From assembly GCA_030765145.1 (NCBI GenBank), contig JAVCDA010000002.1:16320-80319 (forward strand): a stretch of DNA of 64,000 nt, in the 5' to 3' direction. Source of the stretch: Candidatus Saelkia tenebricola (GTDB taxonomy: Bacteria > Omnitrophota > Gorgyraeia > Kaelpiales > Kaelpiaceae). The notes beneath the pieces were generated by a model. It searched no databases and was not told the DNA's origin. It saw only the letters and a program-made list of their open reading frames with translations. Made by a program: the position numbers and the translations under genes. Below are positions 9,441 through 19,641 of the stretch, one piece after another; position 1 is the stretch's first letter, and every line of letters starts with the position of its first letter.

Positions 9441-10723
9441 TGAGAATCTATAAGCATATTATTATACTGGATGAGCCCTTTCATAATATCTATTGCTTGT
9501 TCCAATTGAGAATCTATTATTTTTTTCTTTTTATTTTCTATAGGAAACGTTTCTTTCCCATCTTCTATTTCTTTAAATATTTTTTCTGCAGCAACTTCCT
9601 CAGGTACTTTTTTAACAAATTGTGTTTTATTTATTAAAATATCGGGTTGAATTCCTTTTTCATGAATCAAGCTTCCGTTAGGTGTATAATAATGGGCCGT
9701 TGTAAGTCTTAGAGCGGAACCGTCTTTAAGAGGTATTATCGTCTGAACAGATGCTTTTCCGAATGACGATTGACCTATTATGAGGGCTCTGTTGTTATCT
9801 TGAACAGCTCCGGCTAAAATCTCAGAACCGCTTGCACTACCTTTGTTTATCAAAACGATTAATGGTTTTTTAATAAAAATGCCACTTTTGGATTTAAATT
9901 CCATATCCTGAGTGGAGTTTCTCCCCTTTGTGTATACAATTAATTTGTCTTTAGGTAAAAATTCACTTGTAACCGCTACTGCGACATCAAGTAGACCACC
10001 GGGGTTATTTCTTAAATCCAGAACAAGTCCTTCTATTTTTTCTTGGATAAGACTATTTAAGGCTTTTCTAAAGTCAGGAAGTGTGTTTTCCTGGAATTCA
10101 AGTATCTTTATGTATCCAATATTCTCGGTTATTACCTGGGTATCTTTTACGCTTTCTATTTTTATAATGTCTCTCATTATTTTAAAATCAATAAGTCTTT
10201 GTTCTGATTCTCTTAAAACAGTGATAAAAACTTCTGTTTTTGGTTTTCCGCGAAGTTGTCCTACTGCTTCTAAAAGAGTGATGCCTTTTGTGGATTCCCC
10301 CTCGATTTTAACAATCCTGTCTCCTGCTTCCAGTCCGGCTTCATACCCTGGTGTTTCTTCCAAGGGTGATACAATAGTAAGAACGCCGTCTTTTATTGCT
10401 ATTACAATTCCGATTCCTCCGAATTCTCCTTCTGTTTCAACTTTAAGTTCTTTATACATGTCAGGAGGTAAAAACTGGCTGTAAGGATCTAATGATGCCA
10501 ACATTCCCCCTAGAGCACCGTAAATGATATCTTTGGCAATTTGATCCTCCACATATTCTTCCTGAATAAGATTTATTACATCTGAAAATATCTCCAAATT
10601 AGCATAAAGATCCTGATCCAAAGACTTAGAAGAGATTTGGGAATCCAGGTCCATAGAGTAGATGTTGTAACCTATAGTAACAAAAAACGTTATAAAAACC
10701 ATTAGCATAATAACTTTTTTCAT
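9437..10723 (-). CDS. ctpA: Carboxyl-terminal processing protease (S41, PDZ)
   Basis: LDPYS, FGGIGI, LDLRNNPGG, SASGSEI, FGKASVQ, YYTPNG..I...GI.PD. Confidence 0.95.
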   Translation of the reverse strand: MKKVIMLMVFITFFVTIGYNIYSMDLDSQISSKSLDQDLYANLEIFSDVINLIQEEYVEDQIAKDIIYGALGGMLASLDPYSQFLPPDMYKELKVETEGEFGGIGIVIAIKDGVLTIVSPLEETPGYEAGLEAGDRIVKIEGESTKGITLLEAVGQLRGKPKTEVFITVLRESEQRLIDFKIMRDIIKIESVKDTQVITENIGYIKILEFQENTLPDFRKALNSLIQEKIEGLVLDLRNNPGGLLDVAVAVTSEFLPKDKLIVYTKGRNSTQDMEFKSKSGIFIKKPLIVLINKGSASGSEILAGAVQDNNRALIIGQSSFGKASVQTIIPLKDGSALRLTTAHYYTPNGSLIHEKGIQPDILINKTQFVKKVPEEVAAEKIFKEIEDGKETFPIENKKKKIIDSQLEQAIDIMKGLIQYNNMLIDSQ

Positions 10724-12162
10724 TTTCCTTCCTCCTTATTTAATTTCTCATTAAGTAGTTTATTTACCATAGCAGGATTAGCTGTTCCTTTAGTTAATCT
10801 CATAACTTGACCGACTAAAAATTTTAAAGCGCTATTTTTACCGTTTTTATAATCTGTTACGGCCTGAGAGTTTTCTTTACATGCTGTTTCTATTACATTT
10901 TTGATTTCAGATGTTTCATTCATTTGCTTAAGGTTTTTTTCTTCAATATATTTTTCGGGATCAATATCATAATTTAATAAATCGAATAATAATTCTTTTG
11001 CGGTTTTAATCGATATTAGTCCTTCTTTAACCAAGTTTAAAATTTTTCCGCAATTTTTAGGAGTAAGTTTGATATTAGATAATTTAATTTTTTTTTCATG
11101 AGCTACACCGACCATATCACTAGTAAGGAAATTGCAAACAGCTTTTGGATTAATATGAAACTTTAACGTTTCTTCGAAATAGCTGGCAATAAATTTATCT
11201 CGTACTAGGAGATCTGCATCATATTCGCTAAGAAAATAATCTTTCTTGAATCGTTCTCTTTTAGCCATGGGTAATTCAGGAAGCTCATCCTTAAATTTAT
11301 TCCGCATCTTATTTGAAATTTCATATGTTAGGAGATCTGGATCTGGAAAATAACGGTAATCATGAATATCTTCTTTGCTTCTCATAGATGTTGTCTTTTG
11401 CTTAAGAGGGTCCCAGAGCCGTGTTTGATGAGTTACTTTTTCACCTTCCTCAAGAAGTATCGTCTGTCTTTGAATTTCATATTCCAGAGCTTGCCTGATT
11501 CCTTTGAATGTATTCATGTTCTTAAGCTCTATTTTTGTGCCTAACTTCTTATCCCCTGCCTTGCGTAGAGATATATTAGCATCACACCTTAAACTGCCTT
11601 CTTCCATATTACAATCAGCAATTTCTAGATATAAAATCGTTATTTTTAATTCTTGCAGAAAATCATATGCTTCATCAGGTGAGTATATATCAGGTTCGGT
11701 TACAATTTCAATAAGAGGAATACCTGTTCTGTTAAGATCAACAAAACTAATTTTTCCGTTTTGGTCATGAATAAGTTTGCCTGCGTCTTCCTCCATATGA
11801 ACTCTATTGATTTTTACCGGATTAGAACTACGGTTTTTAATTTTTAAAAAACCATTACGACCTACGGGTGTCCCATACTGAGAGATTTGATAGTTTTTCG
11901 GCAAATCCGGGTAATAGTAATTCTTTCTATCAAATGTAATAGATTCAGATACTTGACAGTTTAAAGCTAGAGAAGATTTAATGGCATAATGAAAAGCTTT
12001 TTTATTAAGTACCGGTAGCACTCCCGGTAGTCCCAAACAGATAGGACAGGTTAGTGAGTTGGGTGAATTCCCGAATTTTGTAGAGCAAGAACAGAAAATT
12101 TTACTCTCTGTTGAGAGGTGAATGTGGATTTCTAATCCTATTACCGGTTCAAATTTATTCAT
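10720..12162 (-). CDS. gatB: Asp-tRNA(Asn)/Glu-tRNA(Gln) amidotransferase subunit B
   Basis: IGLEIH, FDRKNYYYPDLPKNYQISQ, MEEGSLRCDAN, DYRYFPDPDL. Confidence 0.98.
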   Translation of the reverse strand: MNKFEPVIGLEIHIHLSTESKIFCSCSTKFGNSPNSLTCPICLGLPGVLPVLNKKAFHYAIKSSLALNCQVSESITFDRKNYYYPDLPKNYQISQYGTPVGRNGFLKIKNRSSNPVKINRVHMEEDAGKLIHDQNGKISFVDLNRTGIPLIEIVTEPDIYSPDEAYDFLQELKITILYLEIADCNMEEGSLRCDANISLRKAGDKKLGTKIELKNMNTFKGIRQALEYEIQRQTILLEEGEKVTHQTRLWDPLKQKTTSMRSKEDIHDYRYFPDPDLLTYEISNKMRNKFKDELPELPMAKRERFKKDYFLSEYDADLLVRDKFIASYFEETLKFHINPKAVCNFLTSDMVGVAHEKKIKLSNIKLTPKNCGKILNLVKEGLISIKTAKELLFDLLNYDIDPEKYIEEKNLKQMNETSEIKNVIETACKENSQAVTDYKNGKNSALKFLVGQVMRLTKGTANPAMVNKLLNEKLNKEEGK

Positions 12163-13604
12163 TTTTGTAATTTTTCTATTAGATAAGCAGTATTTAACAT
12201 TTTCTGTTCTTGGAAAAAATCAGCCATTATTTGAATACCTATAGGTAAATTATTTTGCGTTGTGCCAGCAGATACTGAAATTGCCGGTATCCCTGCCAAA
12301 TTTGCAGGTATGGTGAAAATGTCGGATAAATACATTTGAAGCGGGTCGGTTTTCTCTCCTATTCTAAATGCTGCAGCAGGAGTTGTGGGAGAAATTATGC
12401 AATCGTATTTTTTGAAAGCTTCTTGAAAGTCGTTTTTAATAAGGGTTCTAACTTTTGCAGCACGCAGGTAATAAGCTTCATAATATCCGCTGGATAATGA
12501 ATATGTCCCAAGAAGCATCCTTCTTTTTGCCTCTGCTCCAAAGCCGGCTGATCGTGTTGCCAGATACATTCTTATCATGGGATTCTTCACGTTTTTAAGG
12601 AGCTGATTGTCCGCTACCCTTAGCCCATATTGAACACCGTCATAGCGGGCTAAATTTGAGCTTGCTTCAGATGGGGCTATAATGTAATAACAGCTTATTG
12701 CATATTCTGTATGAGGAAGGTTCATTCTTTCTACTTTTGCACCTTCTTTTTTAAGTTGCCCTAAAATGAATTCTATTCTTTCTTTAATTTTGGAATCTAT
12801 TCCTTCAGAAAAATATTCTTCAGGTACGCCGATTTTAATGCCTTTTATTTCATGAGTAAGTTTTTTACTAAATTCAGGTACAGTTTCTTCTGAAGAAGTA
12901 GAATCTTTAGGATCAAATCCGGAAAGAACTTCTAACAGTAACGCTGCATCTTTTACATCGCGTGTTAAAGGTCCTATTTGGTCTAAACTGGATGCAAATG
13001 CAATTAATCCATATCTTGACACTCTGCCATATGTTGGTTTTAGACCTACTACATTGCATAACGAAGCAGGTTGCCTGATAGAACCTCCTGTATCGGACCC
13101 CAATGCCCAAAGTGCTTCTTCACTTCCTACTGCCGCTGCAGAGCCACCGGATGAGCCTCCGGGAACGCGAGTTGCATCATAAGGGTTTTTAGTCACTCCG
13201 TAACATGATGTTTCACATGATGATCCGAATGCAAATTCATCCATATTGGTTTTGCCAAGTAGAATAGCACCGTTTTTTTCCAACAGTTCGATTACAGTTG
13301 CATCATAAGGCGGCTTAAAACCAGATAGTATATTAGAACTGCAGGTAGTAGGCTCATCTTTTACGCATATATTGTCCTTAATAGCAATCGGAAGCCCTGC
13401 GAGTTTTAAATTGAGATTACCTTTCTTATCCAGCTCTGTTGCTTTTTTAAGAGTTTTTTCGGGGTCTATAAAGACATAAGCATTAATATTTTTATCTGTT
13501 ACAGTTATTTTATCGAGATAAGCTTTTGTTGTTTCTTTTGCCGTAATTTTTCCTGATGAAATTAAATCCCGTAATTGAAAGGCAGTTAATCTTGTAAGGT
13601 CCAT
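12159..13604 (-). CDS. gatA: Asp-tRNA(Asn)/Glu-tRNA(Gln) amidotransferase subunit A
   Basis: Amidase signature GGSSGGS, GSDTGGSIRQPA, SSNLARYDG. Confidence 0.98.
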   Translation of the reverse strand: MDLTRLTAFQLRDLISSGKITAKETTKAYLDKITVTDKNINAYVFIDPEKTLKKATELDKKGNLNLKLAGLPIAIKDNICVKDEPTTCSSNILSGFKPPYDATVIELLEKNGAILLGKTNMDEFAFGSSCETSCYGVTKNPYDATRVPGGSSGGSAAAVGSEEALWALGSDTGGSIRQPASLCNVVGLKPTYGRVSRYGLIAFASSLDQIGPLTRDVKDAALLLEVLSGFDPKDSTSSEETVPEFSKKLTHEIKGIKIGVPEEYFSEGIDSKIKERIEFILGQLKKEGAKVERMNLPHTEYAISCYYIIAPSEASSNLARYDGVQYGLRVADNQLLKNVKNPMIRMYLATRSAGFGAEAKRRMLLGTYSLSSGYYEAYYLRAAKVRTLIKNDFQEAFKKYDCIISPTTPAAAFRIGEKTDPLQMYLSDIFTIPANLAGIPAISVSAGTTQNNLPIGIQIMADFFQEQKMLNTAYLIEKLQK

Positions 13605-13606
13605 TT

Positions 13607-13891
13607 TTAATATACCTTTGGTACTACGAAGAAGTTGTCTTGTTTATCAGGTGCGTTTTTTAACGCTTCTTCAGATGTTAAAGAAGGTCTCACTGTATCA
13701 ACACGCAAAACATTTTTTAAGTTCAAAACATTGAAAGTAGGAGCGATATTTGTAATATCTATCTTCTTAAGTTTCTCTATATATTCCAGAATTTTATTAA
13801 GTTGTGAAGAATAAAGTTCAAGCTCATCATCGCTTAGATGTAAGCGTGCAAGATGTCCAGTATGAGATACTATTTCCTTGGAAATTTGCAT
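13607..13891 (-). CDS. gatC: Asp-tRNA(Asn)/Glu-tRNA(Gln) amidotransferase subunit C
   Basis: HLARL, NAP...FFVVPKV; directly upstream of gatA. Confidence 0.97.
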   Translation of the reverse strand: MQISKEIVSHTGHLARLHLSDDELELYSSQLNKILEYIEKLKKIDITNIAPTFNVLNLKNVLRVDTVRPSLTSEEALKNAPDKQDNFFVVPKVY

Positions 13892-13897
13892 AGCAAC

Positions 13898-13926
13898 TGT
13901 ATATCACAGGGGGGTAAAAAAATCAA
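13898..13926 (-). promoter_or_regulatory. Putative sigma70 promoter of the gatCAB run, apparently leaderless
   Basis: Minus strand TTGATT-17 nt-(TGA)TATACA, 6 nt before the ATG; no Shine-Dalgarno. Confidence 0.45.
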
Positions 13927-14275
13927 GAATAGTATTTTGAAATGCAAAACTGTTAGTCTTCAGAAGGTAAATATGCCGGAGAAAAGATATCAAAAATAAC
14001 TTTTTGTAGAATTAGTAAAATTAGGTGAAGAAGTAATATGGAATATGAGTTTTATATCATTTTCTATCAGTAACTTGGGTATCTTATTTAAGTAATTCAT
14101 TATTTGATCCGAAGGAATTCTATAGCGAGGGAATAATTTGTTTGAAAAATAATCTAAATCAATATTTATAATAACAATTTTACCCCTGTATTTATTTTGC
14201 TTTATCCATTTAGTACTGAAGGATTTGTAGACAAAACAATGTTGTTTAGAGAGCTATATTATTTTATCTCGTTAT

Positions 14276-14304
14276 TTGTAAAAACGGCTAATATATGGCA
14301 TACT
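14276..14304 (+). promoter_or_regulatory. Putative sigma70 promoter of the 14329 ORF
   Basis: TTGTAA-17 nt-(TGG)CATACT, followed by AGGGGG ribosome-binding site. Confidence 0.5.
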
Positions 14305-14328
14305 ATTAACAAATAGGGGGATGGTTTA

Positions 14329-15171
14329 GTGAAAATAAGACAAAGTACTGTTATTCTTATATTCTCTATGTTTCTTTGTAATGTTCTTTTGCCTATATCT
14401 TCAGTGTGGGCCCGGAGAATAAGAGAAGATAAAATTGTTTTTTCTGCAGAAATTATTGAAAGAAACGTTACAGAGTGGGAAAACTGCGGTTTGCCTTTTG
14501 CTGTTATTTCAGAGGTTGACGGGCAGACACTTAAACAGCCTATAACAATTGTAAAAAAACCAACTTTAATGACTACATTTTATCGTCATTTGGCATGTAA
14601 ATTATTAGGAGAATATTTCCTTAGTCTAGGAGTGTATGAAAATGAACATATACCGTCTTTGATAACATGGGGAGATGGATGTTACTATTATCTTTATTCG
14701 GAAGGATTAAGTCATTATCCTCTGGAAGTACGCGGCAAGGAGATTCAACTGGCAGAGTGGGATGAATTTAACACAGTTTTTAGAGAAGCAGGGTTTTTTA
14801 CCGATAAGGATATTACTAAGGGAGAAAGAGCCGAGCTTTCTAATAATATTATTCTTAATCATTCGTTAGAAGAAGCTGTGTTATCAGATGTTGGAGAGCT
14901 TAGCTCCTGGAAAAGAATTGATTTTGAATTTTCCAGTTTTTCTTCACCTTTAAAGGGAGCTTTTATACATAACGAGCTATGGGATGATTTTTTAGTAACC
15001 CATAGCGAGGGGTTACAACAGCAATTGGGGCGGGAAAAATTTAAGCTTCTAAATATTTGTGTTACAGCTCTTAAAAATTTAGGTAAACTTTCTGAATCTC
15101 AGGAACAGATATTCAAAACCCTGTTTTTTCAATATCAAGGGGAATTACTTAGGGAATATCTTCCGGACTAA
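14329..15171 (+). CDS. Secreted hypothetical protein, possible atypical kinase-like fold
   Basis: GTG start with SD; signal peptide ending VWA; IVKK, D......N.I and WKRIDF motifs in kinase-like order. Confidence 0.6.
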   Translation: MKIRQSTVILIFSMFLCNVLLPISSVWARRIREDKIVFSAEIIERNVTEWENCGLPFAVISEVDGQTLKQPITIVKKPTLMTTFYRHLACKLLGEYFLSLGVYENEHIPSLITWGDGCYYYLYSEGLSHYPLEVRGKEIQLAEWDEFNTVFREAGFFTDKDITKGERAELSNNIILNHSLEEAVLSDVGELSSWKRIDFEFSSFSSPLKGAFIHNELWDDFLVTHSEGLQQQLGREKFKLLNICVTALKNLGKLSESQEQIFKTLFFQYQGELLREYLPD

Positions 15172-15320
15172 TTTAATAATATTCTGTTTTATTTCTCCTG
15201 AGTAACAGTCAGTTACAAAATTTATCCAATACAGGGAGAAATAAGTTAATAGGTATTGCTTATACTTTCTTGCCCCCCCAATCTAAAGATGGTATTTTTA
15301 CAAAAAGACAGAGTTGATAT

Positions 15321-16112
15321 TTAATGCAGGATATTGTTATGTATTTTAAGTTCTTTTTGAACTTGTTCGATTCTTTCGTCTAGAAAGGGATGTGTTTTTA
15401 GATAATACCTTCTAATCGGTGAATCAAATTGAAATTTTTGTATTTTCTCTAATAGGGATATCATTCCTTGGGGGTTGAAACCGGCTTTTTGAAGATATTT
15501 TAAAGCTAATTTATCTGCCTCGAATTCTCTTTCTTTACTGTAAGCAAGAAGCAGCAATATCATGGCAACTTGACTGTTTTTAGCAGTACGCATATCAGGT
15601 GAACTTGTACCTACTATTATAAGTAAAGCCTGAGTGCCTATTGCTTCCTGAAGTTTAAGGATGTTGTGCCTTAAAACGATATGAGATAGTTCATGGGCTA
15701 GTACAGCAGCTATTTCATCCTTCCCTTCCAGCATATCCATAAGGGTTTTATTGATATAAATATAGCCTCCCGGCAATGCAAAAGCATTTGGGCCTTTATC
15801 AGAAGAGTCTTCATTGTGATTATTTTTTTCTTCGTCTATTATATCAAAGTAATATACCAGTCCTTTTCTGTCACAGTGTTCGACGAGTTTATAACCCACT
15901 TCATTAACAACGTCTCTTAAACGGGGATCTTTTGTTATTTCAAATTCTTCTTCAACCTGCAGGGAAATTTTTTTACCCAATTTTACTTCTTTTTCTTCGG
16001 ATATAAATGTCATGTTTTCTTTTCCGGTTAAGATGTTATAGTCAATAGATGCACATCCAAAAAAGAGAGTTATTAATAGTAATTTAGGTAAGAAGAATAT
16101 TTTATTTACCAT
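15321..16112 (-). CDS. M48 family zinc metallopeptidase lipoprotein
   Basis: Lipobox FFGC; PNAFALPGG, AVLAHELSH, YS.EREFEAD, THP. Confidence 0.93.
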   Translation of the reverse strand: MVNKIFFLPKLLLITLFFGCASIDYNILTGKENMTFISEEKEVKLGKKISLQVEEEFEITKDPRLRDVVNEVGYKLVEHCDRKGLVYYFDIIDEEKNNHNEDSSDKGPNAFALPGGYIYINKTLMDMLEGKDEIAAVLAHELSHIVLRHNILKLQEAIGTQALLIIVGTSSPDMRTAKNSQVAMILLLLAYSKEREFEADKLALKYLQKAGFNPQGMISLLEKIQKFQFDSPIRRYYLKTHPFLDERIEQVQKELKIHNNILH

Positions 16113-16266
16113 TTGTTTTTTTAAGCGTTGCGAGTATTTTATCCAAAGTAATAGAAATGTTTTCTAAAAGTTCTGTTTGCTTTTTCCAAATATCTTCCTG
16201 TTCTTTTTGGGATTTTTTTGCTTCTTGAGCCAATTTCATCATATTGCCAATTTCGCCTATATTCAT
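16102..16266 (-). CDS. Small 54-aa coiled-coil hypothetical protein (below the ORF-track cutoff)
   Basis: AAGGAG SD; MNIGEIGNMMKLAQEAKKSQKEQEDIWKKQTELLENISITLDKILATLKKTNGK*; fills the intergenic gap and overlaps the M48 start. Confidence 0.75.
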   Translation of the reverse strand: MNIGEIGNMMKLAQEAKKSQKEQEDIWKKQTELLENISITLDKILATLKKTNGK

Positions 16267-16285
16267 TATATTCTCCTTATTAACC

Positions 16286-16648
16286 TTATTGCAACTGATA
16301 CCGGGAAGAGTCCCTTAATTGCAAATATTGATTGTTAAAATCGATTATTTTAAGCGTGGCATCCTTTACTTTGATTATATCAGGATTGGGAAATTTTAGG
16401 ATTATCGGAACATTGTTTTCTACATAAGTTAACAATAATACTTTCATCTCATCTGAATATTCATATCCGGAGTAATAGAGATTCTCTCCCATTTGAGATA
16501 ATATTTTTTCTCCGGCACTAAAAGTATAAGTCTTGGGTTCTGATACTGCATTTAACATGCCTCCTAAAATATTGTCTAAATCTGATCCAAAACCTGTTTT
16601 TATACCTATGAGCAAAATGATAGCCGTTATGACTGTTATGTATTTCAT
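16286..16648 (-). CDS. Hypothetical exported protein
   Basis: AGGAG SD; N-terminal signal peptide; no recognisable family. Confidence 0.7.
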   Translation of the reverse strand: MKYITVITAIILLIGIKTGFGSDLDNILGGMLNAVSEPKTYTFSAGEKILSQMGENLYYSGYEYSDEMKVLLLTYVENNVPIILKFPNPDIIKVKDATLKIIDFNNQYLQLRDSSRYQLQ

Positions 16649-16668
16649 TTAAATCTCCTGTTTTGAAT

Positions 16669-17865
16669 TTAAATAAGATCTGTTAGTTTATAACTGTTAA
16701 GAGCATCGTTATTGGTTATTTTTTCTATTATTTGAGATAAATGCTGGTTATTGTTTTCCTCTGGTGTATTAATGAAGATAATTTCACTCAAAGCTATATT
16801 GTCGGGGTTTTTAAGAAAGTAAATTTCATCTTCTTTTACAATCAAAATATTATGCTCTTTAAGGTAATTGATAATTTTAATAATCTTAGTATCGTGTATA
16901 TTTAAATTCCCGCTGATTTTTTTATGATTTAAAGGAAATTCTCCGTCTTGAAATTTTTTTACCATAAACTTCAGTGTTTTAAGTATATCGTTTAATTCTA
17001 ATAGCGAAGATTCATTATCACGTTGTATATTTTTTAAATTTCTGCGGTTTTGGAATACGAATCCAAGTTCTGCTCCAAGAAGAATAACTATCCAGCTAAA
17101 ATAAATCCAGACCATAAATATGGGTAAAGTTGCAAAAGTTCCGTAAATGGCATTGTACCTTGTGATACCGATTTGAAATTTCAAATACCCCCACTGAAAT
17201 ATCTGCCAGATTGTTCCAGCAATAATACCTGAAATAAGTCCTGTTGTTAAGTTTACTTTTTTATTTGGCATGAACATATAAAATATGCTGAGTGCAAGCC
17301 AGATACTGATAAAAGGAAGGAATTTTATTATAGAAAAATATACATTGTTGATGAAAGAAAATTTAAGCAGATTTTGTACCAGTATATTTGATGAAATGGT
17401 TGCGGTGAAAGTAAAGGTTAGAAATACAAAAATCGGACAAAGGATAACTACTGTTAAATAATCAGATATTTTTCTTGTGATTCTTCTGGGGGCATTTACT
17501 TCCCAAATAGAATTAAATACTGTTTCAATCGAGCCTAATAATCTTATTACGGTGAGGAAAAGAAATATTATTCCTGTTGTACCTAAAGTTGTAAGGTTTG
17601 TGTTTTTAATATATTTTATTATGTTTAAAAACAGGTCTTGTTTTCCTAAAGCCAGTTTCTCAAGAACGATATTTTGTAAAAAATTCTGAATACCTAGGCC
17701 TTTGGATATTGCAAACAAAAGAGCTAAAAACGGTATTAATGTCAAAAGGGTGATAAAAGTAAGTGCTGCAGCATGAAGATTGCATTTATCTTTCGTAAAA
17801 TTATTTACTATGCATTTTATAAAAAACCCTGGTTTCCTGAATACCCTTCCTAATTTATTGGCCAT
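16669..17865 (-). CDS. YihY/virulence factor BrkB family membrane protein with C-terminal HTH-like extension
   Basis: AAALTF.TLL.LIP, FNSIW, Y.FMPN, YNAIYGTFA.LPIF..WIY.SW...LLGAE. Confidence 0.93.
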   Translation of the reverse strand: MANKLGRVFRKPGFFIKCIVNNFTKDKCNLHAAALTFITLLTLIPFLALLFAISKGLGIQNFLQNIVLEKLALGKQDLFLNIIKYIKNTNLTTLGTTGIIFLFLTVIRLLGSIETVFNSIWEVNAPRRITRKISDYLTVVILCPIFVFLTFTFTATISSNILVQNLLKFSFINNVYFSIIKFLPFISIWLALSIFYMFMPNKKVNLTTGLISGIIAGTIWQIFQWGYLKFQIGITRYNAIYGTFATLPIFMVWIYFSWIVILLGAELGFVFQNRRNLKNIQRDNESSLLELNDILKTLKFMVKKFQDGEFPLNHKKISGNLNIHDTKIIKIINYLKEHNILIVKEDEIYFLKNPDNIALSEIIFINTPEENNNQHLSQIIEKITNNDALNSYKLTDLI

Positions 17866-18700
17866 TATTGTTTTCCTTTAGTTTTTCTTTTAACGATTGC
17901 AAAGTATCTTCTTTCATTTTAAACGAATGTTCTTCAGCAGGGAATTTATCCTTATGAACATCATCTTTGAATTTATTCAGAGCATCTTCTATTTGAGAGT
18001 TTAAATTCAAGTATTGTTTAATAAACTTAGGTTTGAAACAGCTGACGAGTCCCAGTATGTCAGGGGTTACCAAAACCTGTCCATCACAAGAGCTCCCTGC
18101 TCCTATTCCGATTACAGGTATAGTGAGTTTTTGAGCTATAATCTTTGTTAGCTGGTGTGGAACACATTCAAGTATTATGGCAAAACAACCGATTTCCTCT
18201 AAAAGGATACTGTCTTTATAAATTGTCTCAGCAGAAGATAAATCTCTACCCTGGACTTTAAGCCCACCTAAAATTGTAGCTGTCTGGGGAGTTAGCCCCG
18301 CATGGCCCAATACAGGTATACCTGCTTTTAATATGGCTTTTATCTGTTCTTTATGAGCTCCTTCTACTTTTACAGCATCACAACCAGCTTCCTTAATAAA
18401 TCTGCCAGCATTTCTTACGGCATCTTCAGTAGATATTTGATAGGATAAAAAAGGCATATCACCTATCAGAAACGTATCCGGTGCTCCTCTCCTTACAGCT
18501 TTAGAATGGTGTATCATCTCATTCATTGTTACGGGAATGGTTGATTCATAACCTAAAACCGTAGTTCCCAGGGAGTCTCCTACCAATAAAATATCAATGC
18601 CTGCTTTCTCTACAATTTGTGCTATGGGATAATCATAGGCAGTAAGCATTGTGATTTTTTCTTTCTTACTCTTTATCTCTGGAATTGTTAGCTTAGCCAT
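17855..18700 (-). CDS. panB: 3-methyl-2-oxobutanoate hydroxymethyltransferase
   Basis: MLTAYD, LVGDSLG, DMPF.SY, VKVEG, H.GLTPQ, GIGAG..CDGQVLV. Confidence 0.98.
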   Translation of the reverse strand: MAKLTIPEIKSKKEKITMLTAYDYPIAQIVEKAGIDILLVGDSLGTTVLGYESTIPVTMNEMIHHSKAVRRGAPDTFLIGDMPFLSYQISTEDAVRNAGRFIKEAGCDAVKVEGAHKEQIKAILKAGIPVLGHAGLTPQTATILGGLKVQGRDLSSAETIYKDSILLEEIGCFAIILECVPHQLTKIIAQKLTIPVIGIGAGSSCDGQVLVTPDILGLVSCFKPKFIKQYLNLNSQIEDALNKFKDDVHKDKFPAEEHSFKMKEDTLQSLKEKLKENNNGQ

Positions 18701-19638
18701 CTTAAATCCCCTTTGTCTTTTTTAATTAAGGTACGTTTTGATACAGCTTTTTTTATCCACCTTCTATCCTTGATAAATTCTAATACATAATGAGGCTTTT
18801 TGGGAAGCAAGAAAATCCAAAGATATATATCGTATAAAATTGTGAATGGAATATGTTTTATAAAATTCGCTAAATTTTCGTTTTTAATAAAAGTAGAATA
18901 ACGGTTTTTAATAAGCTGGAATTTAAATTCGCTTGATAAGTTGAGATATCCTAATCGTTTTCTCCTTTTCCAACCTGTTATTCCCCTATGGTGGTAAGCT
19001 ATGGCATAAGGAGTAAAATAACTGTTCCATCCTGCATTATGAGCACGCCAGTTTAAGTCTAAATCTTCCAAATATGCCTGATAATCTTCATCAAAATATT
19101 CCTGCTCCATTTTAATATCAAATAGCATTTCTTTTTTATAAAGCGCACAAGCACCTGATACACCCCAGACATAACCTTCTTCAAACTGATTTCTTTCTTT
19201 CTGTTTATAACCTCTTTCATGTGCACGCCTGGCGAGTGTCAGGAATTGACCGGTAGAATCTATTTTCTTTGTTTGTGGATTTAACAACTTGCCTGATATA
19301 GAGCCTATTTTTCTGTCTATTTTGAACTTGGGTAATACCTTTTCCAAATAATCATTGTTTAAGAAAACATCGTTATTAATGCAAAATAAATATTCCCCAT
19401 TTGAGGATATAATGCCTTGATTGTAAGATTTAGAGACCATCATGTTTTGACTGTTTTGAATTATTTTAGTCTGGGGAAAATATTTTTTTACCATTTCAAC
19501 TGACTCATCATTCGATGCATTATCCACTAAAATAACCTCAATATTTTTATATGTCTGGTTAAAAATAGAGTTAAGACAAACCTTTAAGATTTTTTTTCTG
19601 TCTTTATTTATTACGATAAAAGATACAAGTCCATTCAT
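18688..19638 (-). CDS. Glycosyltransferase family 2
   Basis: VDNASND, INND, SGACALY, EDLDLNWR. Confidence 0.93.
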   Translation of the reverse strand: MNGLVSFIVINKDRKKILKVCLNSIFNQTYKNIEVILVDNASNDESVEMVKKYFPQTKIIQNSQNMMVSKSYNQGIISSNGEYLFCINNDVFLNNDYLEKVLPKFKIDRKIGSISGKLLNPQTKKIDSTGQFLTLARRAHERGYKQKERNQFEEGYVWGVSGACALYKKEMLFDIKMEQEYFDEDYQAYLEDLDLNWRAHNAGWNSYFTPYAIAYHHRGITGWKRRKRLGYLNLSSEFKFQLIKNRYSTFIKNENLANFIKHIPFTILYDIYLWIFLLPKKPHYVLEFIKDRRWIKKAVSKRTLIKKDKGDLRWLS

Positions 19639-19641
19639 TTT

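Noticed and set aside
13927-14275. Long AT-rich intergenic region as an ncRNA or pseudogene
   Set aside because: No convincing ORF, repeat or RNA motif recognised; explained by divergent promoters.
15189-15244. Imperfect inverted repeat (TTATTTCTCC...GGAGAAATAA) between convergent genes
   Set aside because: Long loop and no clear U tract; too weak to call as a terminator or structured RNA.
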